Assembly: GCA_965235115.1 (NCBI GenBank)
Contig: OZ249439.1
Span: 11,160,001-11,224,000 of the forward strand
Direction: 5' to 3'
Source: Laetmonice hystrix
Taxonomy: Eukaryota
Length of the DNA stretch: 64,000 nt
Shown: piece by piece, positions 36,941 through 50,487 of the stretch
Layout of the letters: each line of letters starts with the position of its first letter
Numbering within the stretch: the first letter of the stretch is position 1
Program-made: the position numbers and the translations under genes
Notes under the pieces: model-generated
What the model saw: the letters and a program-made list of their open reading frames with translations, nothing else
What the model was told of the DNA's origin: nothing
The model's database searches: none

Positions 36941-37139
36941 TGAGTAGTTGGTGTTTAACGCCCAGTCAGCAGTGTTTCAGCTCTATCAGGGCGAGAATAA
37001 GGTAACTAATGATGAGATGATCGGTCTTTTCAATAGGTGCCAAGGGATCTTTAACGTCCCCTCTACATAGACGTATCGTTACACTGATATGCAGCACTGA
37101 TATGCAGGAAAGTCGGGCGACGCCGCGGCTCGAACTTAG
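36941..37139 (-). mobile_element. Second copy of the tRNA-derived SINE, 5'-truncated, 3' tail present
   Basis: The reverse complement reads gttcgagccgcggcgtcgcccgactttcc...gtgtaacgatacgtctatgtagaggggacgttaaagatcc..., colinear with 8421-8720, and ends ...gggcgttaaacaccaactactc. Confidence 0.8.
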
Positions 37140-40100
37140 AAGAACGTATAGGGGTAGGCTTGGGGCTAGAAATAAGAGCTAGATTTAAAGGTTTTACCGC
37201 TAACACTTCGTGAAGATGGCACGATGGGATCAACCCAAACTGAGGGCCTCACTCTGGCGTTGATAAGAAGGATTGTGCACACTGCCAACCCTCTGTCACT
37301 CGGCCTGGTCAAGTGCAATGGAAACTTACTGGTATTTTGTTTACAGGGAGAAATGTGTACAAAGAGTTGAGGAGTCACGAAGATAGCGTGTTAGAAGTCG
37401 TCCTATCTCTAGTTGTAGTTGGTGCATTCCACAGGCTATAATATAACAGAGATAAGGCAGCTTGTCGTCGACATGGCTGCCATACGTTGTTCTATCCCCT
37501 GGGCGTAACAAGAACAACTTTGTGTATTATCCCACTCAACGCACGGGCCATTCACAGCCGCCGATAAGTGTGTTGAATTTAGGTTGACCTTTGCCAACTG
37601 AAGTTGGATCTAGAATGTCAAAAGGCTGCAAGAGTCGATAATCTGAGTTGGCTGTTCTGTGTTGGATCGGCTGGACCAGCTTAATGCTCTGCCGAAGTGG
37701 CCATCGTTATACTATACTCGGACCCTTGAAGACAATAGGCCTTGTGTAACGTCCTCGAGGCCGCAGTCGCGCTGTGCAGTTCATTAAAGCCATTCACGTC
37801 GTTGGTTTCACAAAGGTAAACCGTCGTCGCTGAAGTCGGCCTCAACCACGTGGTTCCGGTCGTCCTAAGCCGGCCTACAAATGGGGTACGGGTCAGCTGG
37901 CGACAATAACCAATCCGTTTCCTGTGTACCCCTTCAGAAACCCGCCTCTATACAATAACTCCGCTGGGGGTCCCTTTTAACTGTGGGTCTCCGGGAGACG
38001 TGATAAATCTACACCGGGTTGGGCACCGGGAAATCCCAATCCACCCGGAGCATATATACAAGGACACTCCGCCCCAACAAGCTTGGTTTGAGCTGAACAA
38101 ATGAGACATATATACGCTCCGGAAGGCAGCTGCCTCTGAGGCTGAAAGAGACACCAATTATGTCGAGAGTGACTTGGTCGTTGTCTGTGTACAAACGACC
38201 TTCTTAGGTTACTCTAACCAGAGAAACACCTCCGTGATCGGTAACCAGCTGGTCTATGCTGTATGCATATAATGGATGCATTATGTATAGAGTGTGTGCC
38301 TTTATTCTATGTAAACAGTGTACATATTGTCACAAATTGTACCAAACATTTTCTCAATATTGCAAGAATGTTGACGGAGACAGATACCGGTATATCACCG
38401 AACGGTTCGTTTCAATTGACAGGGCGAGTGGAGTTTCTCCCCTGACCATGTCTAAGATGAGGATGGCAGGGGCAGTGAGGGGCTGACCGCGGGCGTCTGG
38501 TCAGCGGGTCGATATATCTAACTGACCATTGTGTCAGGGAGGCCAAGGTGGGGACAGCCATTCATCACGGTGCTGACATCTGGATGGTCAGTCTTGACAA
38601 GCTGCCAAACAGTCTTCTGAAGTCGCCCAAGGCCTTCCTCTCTATAACCTGCAAACTCTATTTTGAAGGCGTAAAACATAAGCGGTAATTCGGGTCATTA
38701 GAATTGTTGGCGCGAGCCTTCGCAGCGTAGACCCTGATGTCCTCAGAGGCCACCAGGTCGCGTAATCTGAAGCCAAGTTATTAACGTTGGCAGGAAGATG
38801 AAACGTTGAGGGCCAGGCCTTCCTCTGTAGATCTACATCACATCTCAGGTGGTCATATTTGATAGATCTTAACAATAATTACTTTTCACTGCCTGAGAAC
38901 ATAGAGGTATAGCACCCGTGATTGTCCAACTCTCCGTGCGACCTTGAAGGCATTTATAAAGGTGTGTATTATAGATGCCTGTCATTCATGAAACCCGGAA
39001 ATCCCCGCTGAAGACAGCGACTTCACGCTTTCCGTACGTTGGCGCACCATACTATATCATTGACTAATGCTCTTCCACCTGGCCAGAATTCTGCGTCGAC
39101 ACTGAGTTAGAATATCAGCATGAACGAACAAAGTATTCTCTGACGTCATGAATTTGGTGGACTTGTTAGAGAATTGGCCTGGAAGCGGCGGCCTGAAAAG
39201 GAAGTTGGCCGCGGGCAACGTTAGTTAAATGTCCCTTTGAAGCTGGCTTTATGCCGCCAGGGATGATATTAACCGTTAGTGGAGGAAGGGCCGTGGATCG
39301 TGGCCCCGATGTTCGCACACGGCCCGCCGTATCCCACCGCCACGGCTGCTGCCACAGTCCTGACGTTCCTCACCGCCACTGGTCCGTCAGACAAACACAA
39401 ACAAACCTTGCACCGATTCGCTCCTGGTTTCGCTTCGTCTTGCAGTTTGAAACTTTTACCACCCACACGTCCTATACCTCGTCAGAGCATTATTGTACAC
39501 CTACATCTACAGTTCTGACGTGGCCTTGTGGTTGGCAAATGTAAATGTTTTTAATCTGACTCACTAACCCCTCTCCTTTTCTTTATAGAAAAAGGTGACC
39601 AGAAAAACTTTAAGAACATTGTCATCTCCTAGATGGTATGACTGACACCAAGCCTAGACAAATCATAGAACGTGCCGTCGTCTACAGTAGCGTACTTATA
39701 ATCATCAAAGGGAGGCATGCCTGTGAAAGGTTTCTTTAAAAAAAAAATTATATTATGCATTTACATAAATGGGCATACTATATCATACAGGATAAAGGAG
39801 GGTGTTGATCATGACCTCAAATCCCGTTTTCTCCCTTCGCTTTTACTCCTCCGTTCCTTAGAGGACATGGTCCTCTTGGCTCAAACCACAGAGTCACCAC
39901 GGTAAATATATGCCCTGAAATGTACACCATGTATAAGGTCCTCGCCAACTACCTCAAACCTATCCTTCCTTGTATAGCGACTATATGGAGACGGGGACCA
40001 GAGGGTCACAGCCCCGCCCAACCCGAGTCGGTGAAACAAAAGCCATATTATACACGCGTGCGTGGATCTGTGGCCCGGCAAGACCTGTAGTTATCAGACT

Positions 40101-41177
40101 GTGTCCACGGTTATATTAAAGGCTGACACCGAGTTACGCTGCCTGGTGAGATAGGCGATAAAACCCTTCCTACAGGCTCTATACGGTCACCGACCCGGCC
40201 AATAATTGTCGTCATTCTCTGGGCTGTCACATCGAACCTACCATCTCAGCCCTTTACCATGCAGAAAATATGCCGAGTCCGCCACTTGCCCTATAATTGT
40301 AGAGGTTGTCCGTATTTTTAATTTGATAGCCATAATTACGCAATAAGCCTAATTCCGAACAACTTTGTAAGTGCCCCTCTTGGGTCTGTAATTCGCCCAA
40401 GAGCCTAAATATGTCCATGCGGCATCTTACTATATTTATGTCTGCTAATGTGATATTGTATCCCTTTGACGCCTGTCGAGGTTGAAGCATAATTGGTATC
40501 ACCATGGGAGCAGTCTTAAATGCTTGAAATCACCTCAGAACCTACTGGTAATTATGAATGATTCAGATCAAAGTATTTAAACGGTCTCAGATAAGCATGT
40601 AATGGAATGGTAATGTATAATGGTGGTAATGAAAGAGCTTCTCACCAGGGTTCCGGTTCAAAGGAACTGGTCCAGGACATCAAAGTTAGACAATCGTTCC
40701 TGTCTATTTGTCTCGTTAGAGTTTCCCTACCGGTTGATTGGTCATTGTTACATGGTGTGATCTCGACCTAAGACTGACCAACAGACACACTAGAACCCCA
40801 AGCATATTTCCCGTAGAGGACCGTTGTCCAGAGAACGATGAGAAAAGCAGTATTCCGAGAGGTATGGAAGCAGAACCCGAGCAGTAACACCTTGGTGCTC
40901 CAGGTACACTTACCGCGGCGCGTCCGTCAACCGGCGCCACTCCAACGTTTTAGGGACGTTGATGAGGCCAATAGCGAGGTCGATTGACCTTTCCAGTGGT
41001 GTCATGGCTCCAAACCAATCGAGATATGACAAGTCACTCTCGGCTTATATAGATCATTGAGCGTGGCCCCCAACGGTGTCTGGTAGATGTCCATGCATCT
41101 ATAGGTGGATAATAGTGACGAATTATATTTTTATCCAGAAAATATACCAGTCAGTTGATGTCAACTGTGACAGAATA

Positions 41178-41424
41178 NNNNNNNNNNNNNNNNNNNNNNN
41201 NNNNNNNNNNNNNNNNNNNNNNNNNNNNNNNNNNNNNNNNNNNNNNNNNNNNNNNNNNNNNNNNNNNNNNNNNNNNNNNNNNNNNNNNNNNNNNNNNNNN
41301 NNNNNNNNNNNNNNNNNNNNNNNNNNNNNNNNNNNNNNNNNNNNNNNNNNNNNNNNNNNNNNNNNNNNNNNNNNNNNNNNNNNNNNNNNNNNNNNNNNNN
41401 NNNNNNNNNNNNNNNNNNNNNNNN
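41178..41424. other. Assembly gap (N run)
   Basis: Direct reading. Confidence 0.99.
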
Positions 41425-41479
41425 AGAAGAGAGCAGGGTATGTGCATACCCCTCCAATAAAACATATATGTGGGTCTAA

Positions 41480-41676
41480 AGCCGCTTTCACATGCACACG
41501 GTTTGCGGCGTGCGGCATGCGGCGTGCGTTTTTGCAGAAATGGAACAACTGAAAATAGATATAACCGTTCACATGCCCCCGGTTTGCGGTGTGCGGCGAT
41601 TTACATTGGCTACATTATTAACAAAAACGCACGCCACATGCCGCACGCCGCAAACCGTGTGCATGTGAAAGCGGCT
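41480..41676. mobile_element. 197-bp PIF/Harbinger-type MITE
   Basis: ~55-bp near-perfect TIRs (agccgctttcacatgcacacggtttgcggcgtgcggcatg...) flanked by TAA at 41477-41479 and 41677-41679. A TWA target-site duplication is characteristic of PIF/Harbinger. Confidence 0.9.
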
Positions 41677-42440
41677 TAATGCTAATATTCGTTTTCGAGC
41701 CAGCGAAGTGAAGTAATAGTTGTACTCCTAGGTACACACGATGATGATGCGGGACATGCAATGCCATGTTTTTAACTAAACGTCGAGGTGGCACGCGAGC
41801 CCGGGTTTGCTTGTGGTCAGGGCCGATCAGCAGGGCCGCCCATGCAGATGCTGGGCTGGCTGGCGCCTGGCGCCTGGCGCCTGGCGTACGGCGGCGGCAC
41901 CCACACTTTAAATTGTACGCACCAATTGTTTTCTTGTCGTGACACAGATTACGGTAGAGACAGGTATACAGTAATCCTAGCAGCACACCTTGTCATATCG
42001 CCTGGGGCCGATTAATCATAGCGCAAACCCCCGGTGGTCAGCGCCGAAAACAAGCGGGCCGCCCGCGGGCTGCGACATCCTGACTCTTGTTGTATTCGGG
42101 CTGACCTCGCGAGCCGAGCGCAATCAGAAGGTAACTGTGCAAACCATATAATAAGGTGTCAGCCACTCTGGTGGCGCCAACACTGGGGCGGCTCAGGGGA
42201 GAGAGGTCTGTACAACCGGCCAACAGGGAGAATCACTTTATGACATAATCCGGTCAGTGATCCATAGTGTACATGAACCCTGACCCCCAAGTAGGAAATA
42301 AACACTGACTGAAGGAAAAAAGGGGGTTAATCGTGCTGAAGTATGGAGAGGTGCTGACTCGAGCATCAAAGGAGTAGTGGTGGTGGAGATAAGGTTGAGA
42401 ATCAGAATTAGGATAATTATTCATCATCATGATAATAAAA

Positions 42441-43130
42441 AGTACCAAGAGACATAGACCACATTATGTTGATAAAGATAACTGTGGCCATAAGCTTGTA
42501 ATAACTACCAAGATACATAGACCACATTATGTTGATAAAGATAACTGTGGCCATCAACTTGTAATAACTACCAAGAGACATAGGCCACATTATGTTGATA
42601 AAGATAACTGTGGCCATCAGCTTGTAATAACTACCAAGAGACATAGACCACATTATGTTGATAACGATAACTGTGGCCATCAGCTTGTAATAACTACCAA
42701 GAGACATAGACCACATTATGTTGATAAAGATAACTGTGGCCATCAGCTTGTAAGAACTACCAAGAGACATAGACCACATTATGTTGATAAAGATAACTGT
42801 GGCCATCAGCTTGTAATAACTACCAAGAGACATAGACCACATTATGTTGATAAAGATAACTGTGGCCATCAGCTTGTAATAACTACCAAGAGACACAGAC
42901 CACATTATGTTGATAACGATAACTGTGGCCATCAGCTTGTAATAACTACCAAGAGACATAGACCACATTATGTTGATAAAGATAACTGTGGCCATCAGCT
43001 TGTAATAACTACCAAGAGACATAGACTACATTATGTTGATAAAGATAACTGTGGCCATCAGTTTGTAAGAACTACAAAAAGTACCAAGAGACATAGGCCA
43101 CCTTATTTTGATAACGATAACTGTAGCCAT
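42441..43130. repeat. 63-bp minisatellite, ~11 copies
   Basis: Unit taccaagagacatagaccacattatgttgataaagataactgtggccatcagcttgtaataac; 21-aa periodic ORFs on both strands. Confidence 0.98.
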
Positions 43131-43427
43131 GAACTTGTAAAAACTACAAGCGGTGCTAGACATGTCTATGATTGATCATGCTATGATATATAAAAAGACT
43201 CTAGCCATCCACCATCTTCAAAGGAGTCCATGACAACAGCTGTAACTGTTGGAAGGTGTTCGGCTGAATGCGTGACATCGATTAGCCCCTACCTGGCCGA
43301 ACATCATATGACCTCAGGACGGATAGCAAAATCGTGACCCAGCTCTGGACAGATGGCCTCCAGAAACACCGCCTCAATCAACAGCCACATAAAGGCACTT
43401 CCTTGTCCTCCAAGAGAAAGAAGAAGG

Positions 43428-44286
43428 ACCAGACAGCCTCATGAACATTTGTTAACCCTAGAACCAGGAAATCCTCCCCATAACTTACGACCAGACAGCC
43501 TCATGAACATTTGTTAACCCTAGAACCAGGAAATCCTCCCCATGACTTACGACCAGACAGCCTCATGAACATTTGTTAACCCTAGAACCAGGAACTCCTC
43601 CCCATGACTTACGACCAGACAGCCTCATGAACATTTGTTAACCCTAGAACCAGGAAATCCTTCCCATAACTTACGACCAGACAACCTCATGAACATTTGT
43701 TAACCCTAGAACCAGGAAATCCTCCCCATGACTTACGACCAGACAGCCTCATGAATATTTGTTAACCCTAGAACCAGGAACTCCTCCCCATAACTTACGA
43801 CCAGACAGCCTCATGAACATTTGTTAACCCAGAACCAAATCCTCCCCATGACTTACGACCAGACAGCCTCATGAACATTTGTTAACCCTAGAACCAGGAA
43901 ATCCTCCCCATGACTTACGACCAGACAGCCTCATGAACATTTGTTAACCCTAGAATCAGGAAATCCTCCCCATGACTTACGACCAGACAGCCTCATGAAC
44001 ATTTGTTAACCCTAGAACCAGGAACTCCTCCCCATGACTTACGACCAGACAGCCTCATGAACATTTGTTAACCCTAGAACCAGGAAATCCTCCCCATGAC
44101 TTACGACCAGACAGCCTCATGAACATTTGTTAACCCTAGAACCAGGAAATCCTCCCCATGACTTACGACCAGACAGCGGCATGAACATTTGTTAACCCTA
44201 GAACCAGGAAATCCTCCCCATGACTTACGACCAGACAGCCTCATGAACATTTGTACCCTAGAACCAGGAAATCCTCCCCATGACTT
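43428..44286. repeat. 62-bp minisatellite, ~14 copies
   Basis: Unit accagacagcctcatgaacatttgttaaccctagaaccaggaaatcctccccatgacttacg at 43428, 43490 and onward. Confidence 0.98.
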
Positions 44287-47200
44287 CCTACTTTTAGTTG
44301 AGTAGGTCAAGGTACAAACCACATGGACAGTACTCCAAGGCAAATTGAAATCTCTCGTTTAGGCCGAGCTGCCCGACTATAGGACAAGGGGACGGGGTAG
44401 TATGGGAGGTGACCGGACGGAATCGGAGAAGCCAAGGCATTGTGTCCTCACAGTTAGTGCTGACGGCGCCCTAATCAAGACCGTGCCGTGGCCCTACACG
44501 ACGCCAATACCCGAAATATCCTGACGCCTGTAGAAGGACAGAGGCGTCGGGCCAGGGGCACGTTTATAGCGGGGAATATCCCGTCGGGCAGCACAATGAT
44601 GGTCCGCGTGGGACGATCGTTTAGGAGTCGTGTTGGCCGAACGGGGGACGATTAACGACGAAACTGACAATTGTCCTCGCAATCACCCTGATCTTGTCTA
44701 GACGGTCAATGGCCCCGTGTTCATCCCAACCCTATCATTTCACAGGAGCAAAGCACCCGCTTATGTAACATGGAGGCAAGGTGCCCCGCCGAGATATAGT
44801 GACTTTTTATGAGATATAGTAAGGAGAGAGATATAATAGGTGGGGGTTGGGAGTGCAAACCGTTCAGCAGTTTCTATAGCGCTCCTCAAACTGCTATTTC
44901 AGAAATGTGTTATTTGATTACTTGAGGGTCAATTGGGCTGGGCACTGTCACTCCTCTCGTGATTCGGAATAATAGAAATGACGTAATGGTGAGAAAAGGC
45001 TGTATTTTGTAACAAATTGAGAAGACACACAACCAGCCAGGGTTCAGTGACTTCTGTAACCTCCTCAGCAGGGCCTTCGTCCCTCCCGAGACCCTCACCT
45101 GAGGACGTTTCCGCTAAAGGTGCAGGGCGACGGGTGCGGGTGTGGGGGTGGGACTTGGATTGGGAAGTAATTTCAGTGGGTGAAGCACAGAATAGGTGCT
45201 CGATCCAGGGGGTTCTACGTTACCAAACAACTTCCGCCAAAATCAGCAGGTAAATCGAAATCATCAAGTCACGAACCTTCACTTCCGTATGTCTTAAAAC
45301 AATAAACACTAAAACATACAGTTGGGGTTCAGCTAAAAGTCTGGCGAACTAACGTCATACGAGCCACAACAGGGCCAGCATACAGCAGGCAGCAGTCTCT
45401 ACCACCAGCCAGATCCACCCGAGGCAGTCAGCCTTTAATCTGGTTTTTGTATAAGGAAAGATTATGGTAATAGAGAAACTGATAAAAAGATGTGGAAAGG
45501 TGATGACAGAATCCATGTAATAGTAGGCTCCTACATGTATTCTTTGGTTGAAAAAATCTTATGATTACGATATTATTGGGCAGCAATAAAAACAAAACAG
45601 TCTAAGAAGCACATTCACATGCATGAGGGAACAATGAGAGAATATATTTACATAGTTACATATGTTTTCTGCCCGGTGCCCTTGATATACACGGGTGAGC
45701 GACCACTACTGTAGTCCATGGTCTATAGCTGCTTCTATAGAGTACACCTGCTATATATAAAAGAACCAAGACCTGCGGGCAAATTGTAACACCAGGACAT
45801 GCTTTGCCATCTTCTCCAAAGGAAACGAATACGGAAGAGGCGGGAAATGGTCATCACAGCGTGACAGTGTTGTCTGGTCCCTTGACTCGACCGACCGTCA
45901 CCACCCCCCACACACGGTGATACACTACGAAAGAATTCGGCAAATTCAATTCCCCTGACCGGTCTCTCGCTTCAACCTAAAGATGGCCGATCTATCAGGA
46001 GTCGTCGCCATTACATCCAGTGATAAATGGATCGAATACGCCCCCCATGAGGATCTGTGTTAAAGGGGCCACAGTGTCACCTTCTCTTGCTATCAGAGTA
46101 TCCCAATATCAGGGTAAGCTCGGCCTGGCGACTTCTCACCCAGTAACTGTGCAAGTCGTATGGGGGGGCATGCCAAAACCTGATTAATTGTTTTAGGGTT
46201 CAGTATCCGCCTCTCTATGTATACCAATGGGTTTCTGGGGGTAATATAACTAGCACTTTAATATTCACTCTCACAGGACCAAAAGCATGTTGACAGGTGC
46301 ACATTCTGTATCGACTCCGAAACGTTGACTGAATATAAGGCATACCTGAGAATTACAAGAATTATTTATTTTTGCTGATCATGTCGGCTTTTACATATAG
46401 GTACTATGGAGTAAGCCAAAACAGTCACTAAATGGTGACCTGCAGTTTCTTGGACCGAGTCATGATCTGTCGCCCTGTGTGACTTTAAGTCGGTATATAT
46501 TGACCTTAGAGCCAGGCTGTGGAGGTGTATGAACTGTTACATTATATAGTCAGACGGATTACTCCACGCCATACCTCGATCAACAAAGGGTAGGCAGCAT
46601 TTCCAATCTCCTCACCAATCTTCATCCTTGGTTAATTTGCTGAAGTTTGGACACCTTTGCCATTCAGCCATGGAGGTCAGCTCGCACAGGTCTATCATTT
46701 GGGGACATGCCCCTGTAGGACGGTCACATGATGCACAACGCTCTGGCCTGCATGGACAGACAACCTGTCCATTTGCATTTAAAAAATCCAGAGCAGATTC
46801 AAGTAGGACATAAATTAATGAAACTTTACACATCTATTTGCAGACATATGCGAATAGCTGGGGCGGGTCCAGGCTGACCCGAAGAGTAGGTCGGGGGTGG
46901 GGTCCATGGCCCCAGCAACCCCTATGGGTGGTCTGTTTGCCCGGACTGTGGTCGCTTGAGGAGGGGAGGGTGATGTACCTGATCCATGACCACTGGTCAT
47001 GGGGGGCGAATTGACGTCGATAACAGACTTAATTTCAAGGGTGCAGTCACTGATGTTATCTGCCAGACGCTCCGGCCTCTACATCGACTCAGTAACCCCG
47101 CCCCCCCCCTCAAAAAAAACCCCTCACAGATCTCTAGGCGACACCTGTCAAGCTCAACACGTTTTAACTTCATTACCAATTCAACAATATGCGACATTCC

Positions 47201-49698
47201 GAATTTAGTAGAATTTTAGCCTAACAACACCGACGGGCCAGTCGCAATCTCTCACTGCTGAAGGCTATTATTACATACATTGAGCACCTCGATCAACTGC
47301 ATACTGCCATCAAATTGACTCTTGCAGAAAATAGACCTCTAATGCGCCACAGGCAGTGATGAACACAGGCATTTGAAACTTTATAGACATAAAAAGGTTA
47401 GTGGAGAATTTTGGCACACTTCATCACCGTCAACAACCTGACAGCCCCTAGAGATGTTTTGGTTTCGTAGAAAATGTGGGTGCTGGAATAAAATAGAGAG
47501 AAAATCAAGGCTTTCAGTAGGCTATATAACGGATTGTATCCCGCAATGGACGTGTCTGTAAATCGAGAATGACAAGCTGTCGGACCCGATCTTTACCTTT
47601 GAATTACAATATTAGAATTCTATGTGTGTCCGGTAAAAACTTCAGAACTGAGTCTGTTAATGCTATAAATCGGACTTATTTCTGTCTATTGAATGAAAGT
47701 TAAATAACAAGGCACAGTCTCTAGCTGTTTAAACTTCAGTCAGCATGGTACTTGCCCTGTCACAATCAAGCAAGTGAAGAAAATCACACACAAACCACTG
47801 GCTGTGGCCGCCGAAATCTTAAAGCATTGACGAATGACGCACTTTCATATTAAAACACCTGCACTTCCCTTGTTATACATACATATTCTGTTTCTGAAAG
47901 TTACCCCGGTACACGTATAATTTGGCAGTAGTTTCAGCCCTGAGATTTTTTCCATCCGTATAACAGTCCGACGGGGGCGTGTTGGTATCAGGAAAAGTTC
48001 GGTTACTGTGGCTGTATACCGAGCAGGAACCCTTAAATCCGTGTTCAACTGCCAGTCCGCCACCTCCCAGGCAGTCCATTCCAGGAACGAGAGTCTTGAC
48101 TCCTATTCTTTCTGTTGTGTGACTGTCACAGAGGTCGTGGTCTCTCTACGTTAACCACTGGACCGGGGGGGGGGGCGCTTGGCGTGTCGGTTCAGCAAGG
48201 CCTCGCGTACAGACTCGTGCCAATGCAGAATTACCCAGATCATCTGGCACATTGACTGTGTCCTCGTGCCAAATACTCAACCTTGGTCACTTTACAAACA
48301 GGCACCTCGCTGGAGGCAGTGGTCCGCCTCAGACGCAATGCTTATCTGACCCCCCACCACTGCGGTCAGCCCACAAGGCTTACGATACTTAGAAGTCAGA
48401 AACATTGCAAATATATACAATACAATACGTTAGGACCCCTGGGCCATAGCTTGCATTCACACCAACTATGTTATATTCATCATTGGACGCGATGCTGCCA
48501 AAGGTAAGGAAACAAGGGAAGACAAAAACAATGAGGACAGGAGGAAAGGATATAAATGCCCGTCCTCGCACCTTAACACTCAGAAATGTGACTTCAAATT
48601 TAGAAAGCAGCAAGATATATCCATGGCCGCAGTACTGCCATATAGGCGTCAGTGCCGTATAGCCTGGGGGGGGGGGGGGGGGCAACTGCCCCATGGTATT
48701 TCCAGTTTTTAACATTATTATTGGACCTGGATCCCCAACATTGACACTGGAATTGACACCTGGTACTCGGTCAGGAGGCACTCCGTCCCCTGCCTATTTG
48801 GGCCAGACTACGTCCCTGGACGTAGAAAGAAAGAAGGAAGAATCAAGGTTCCAAGACCTATTAAAGACGGGGAGCTTGCGAAGGCATGTATGTGTGTGTA
48901 CGTACGTGTATCTATTGCCTGATATGCATCTGGAAGTATCAGACATTTAAAGTGCGGGGCTAGCAAAGGGTTTCGTCAAATAGGAAGGTTTTTTTTCTGT
49001 AATACATACATGCCATGCGTAAATGATGTGTTTTTGTGTACTGACAAACAGGAGGGGGAGGCTGGTGTGCAGTTGACACAGGTCTGTCACGGCTAAAGGC
49101 ACTACCACAGGATCTGAGGGGACCCGAGTCGGCCAACAACAGGCACAAGTGACACGATTTACCAGTACACGGCGGACAATCCCTATGGCAACCCGATTCA
49201 GATCGGTGTCTATTCGGAGTGCCCCCATCCCGACTTCAAGATCAAACAGTTACTAGAACATGAAAACATGTCGACTTCACTTTGGTCTGACTGCGGCGAG
49301 CCCAGACAACCCGCTGTGATTCCACACCAAGTCGACAGAGGAAGGCTCATGTTTCGGCTCAGTTCTCCACAAAGGCTGTTGCATAAATGCCTGCAAACAG
49401 AGGAGTTCGTCTGTGGGCGTTCTCGGAGATAGCCTGGCTGCTAGCCGCCTTCAATGGGCGCCGTGTTCGTGAAAACACACGAAACGTGAGGCGTTAAATG
49501 GTTGCCATCCGAGGCGCTGACGGGTAGCACGGCGGCGCGACGGTGTGTCTTATAATGACGACGACCTGAGCGAGCCGAGGACCCCTAAACACCGGCTTAT
49601 AAAGGTCGCTCAGTCAAATCTCTGGTCCTGTCTTTTACCACGTCATGGGGGTCTTCTGACAACGGAAATTAGAACCCTTATATCATGAAACTCTTAAA

Positions 49699-49953
49699 AA
49701 TCAATCATTCAATGTAGTAAGGTCATAACGGAAACTATAAGAATCAATCATTCAATGTAGTAAGGTCACAACGGAAACTGTAAGAATCAATCATTCAATG
49801 TAGTAAGGTCATAACGGAAATAATAAGAATCAATCATTCAATGTAGTAAGGTCATAACGGAAACAGTAAGAATCAATCATTCAATGTAGTAAGGCCTTAA
49901 CGGAAACAGTAAGAATCAATCATTCAATGTAGTATAAGGTCACAACGGAAACA
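49699..49953. repeat. 43-bp tandem repeat, 6 copies
   Basis: Unit aatcaatcattcaatgtagtaaggtcataacggaaactataag. Confidence 0.95.
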
Positions 49954-50181
49954 GTCTGGCCTCCTATAATTATAGCAATTCTTACGCGCTACTATGTTTG
50001 ATTAGCTGCTAATCGCATGGAGTGTAACATTTCGCGTGTCAGTGTAACATAATTATGAAGGTTCACTCAACTAGGACTACTCTAAGAATGCGGGTAAAGA
50101 CCAGCTTAATTACCTGCTTTTTTTCTCAACGATCTTTCTCGTTGCGATTATTTTATTACGTCCCTTCTCGAACTTCGGAAG

Positions 50182-50487
50182 TACACTCTGCACTCTGCAC
50201 GTGGATATTGTCAGAGTTGGATCGGCTCGTGTTTCTCTACCTGATCGTTGCGGTCTCCCAAAGTTACCATATCGTGTAAAGGGTTACACTCTGCACTCTG
50301 CACGTGGATATTGTCAGAGTTGGATCATGTTTCTCTACCTGATCGTTGTAGTCTCCCAAAGTTACCATATCGTGTAAAGGGTTACACTCTGCACTCTGCA
50401 CGTGGATATTGTCAGAGTTGGATCGGCTCGTGTTTCTCTACCTGATCGTTGTAGTCTCCCAAAGTTACCATATCGTGTAAAGGGTTA
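50182..50487. repeat. ~103-bp tandem triplication
   Basis: tacactctgcactctgcacgtggatattgtcagagttggatc...gtgtaaagggt x3; the middle copy has a small deletion. Confidence 0.93.

Noticed and set aside
37960-38100. EIPIHPEHIYK as a Gypsy/DIRS reverse-transcriptase motif
   Set aside because: The flanking RT motifs (DL..GY, KTAF, YxDD) are absent.
48020-48100. Minus-strand WNGLP as a CR1/L2 3' end
   Set aside because: It is a single short motif needing a frameshift, with no upstream RT similarity.
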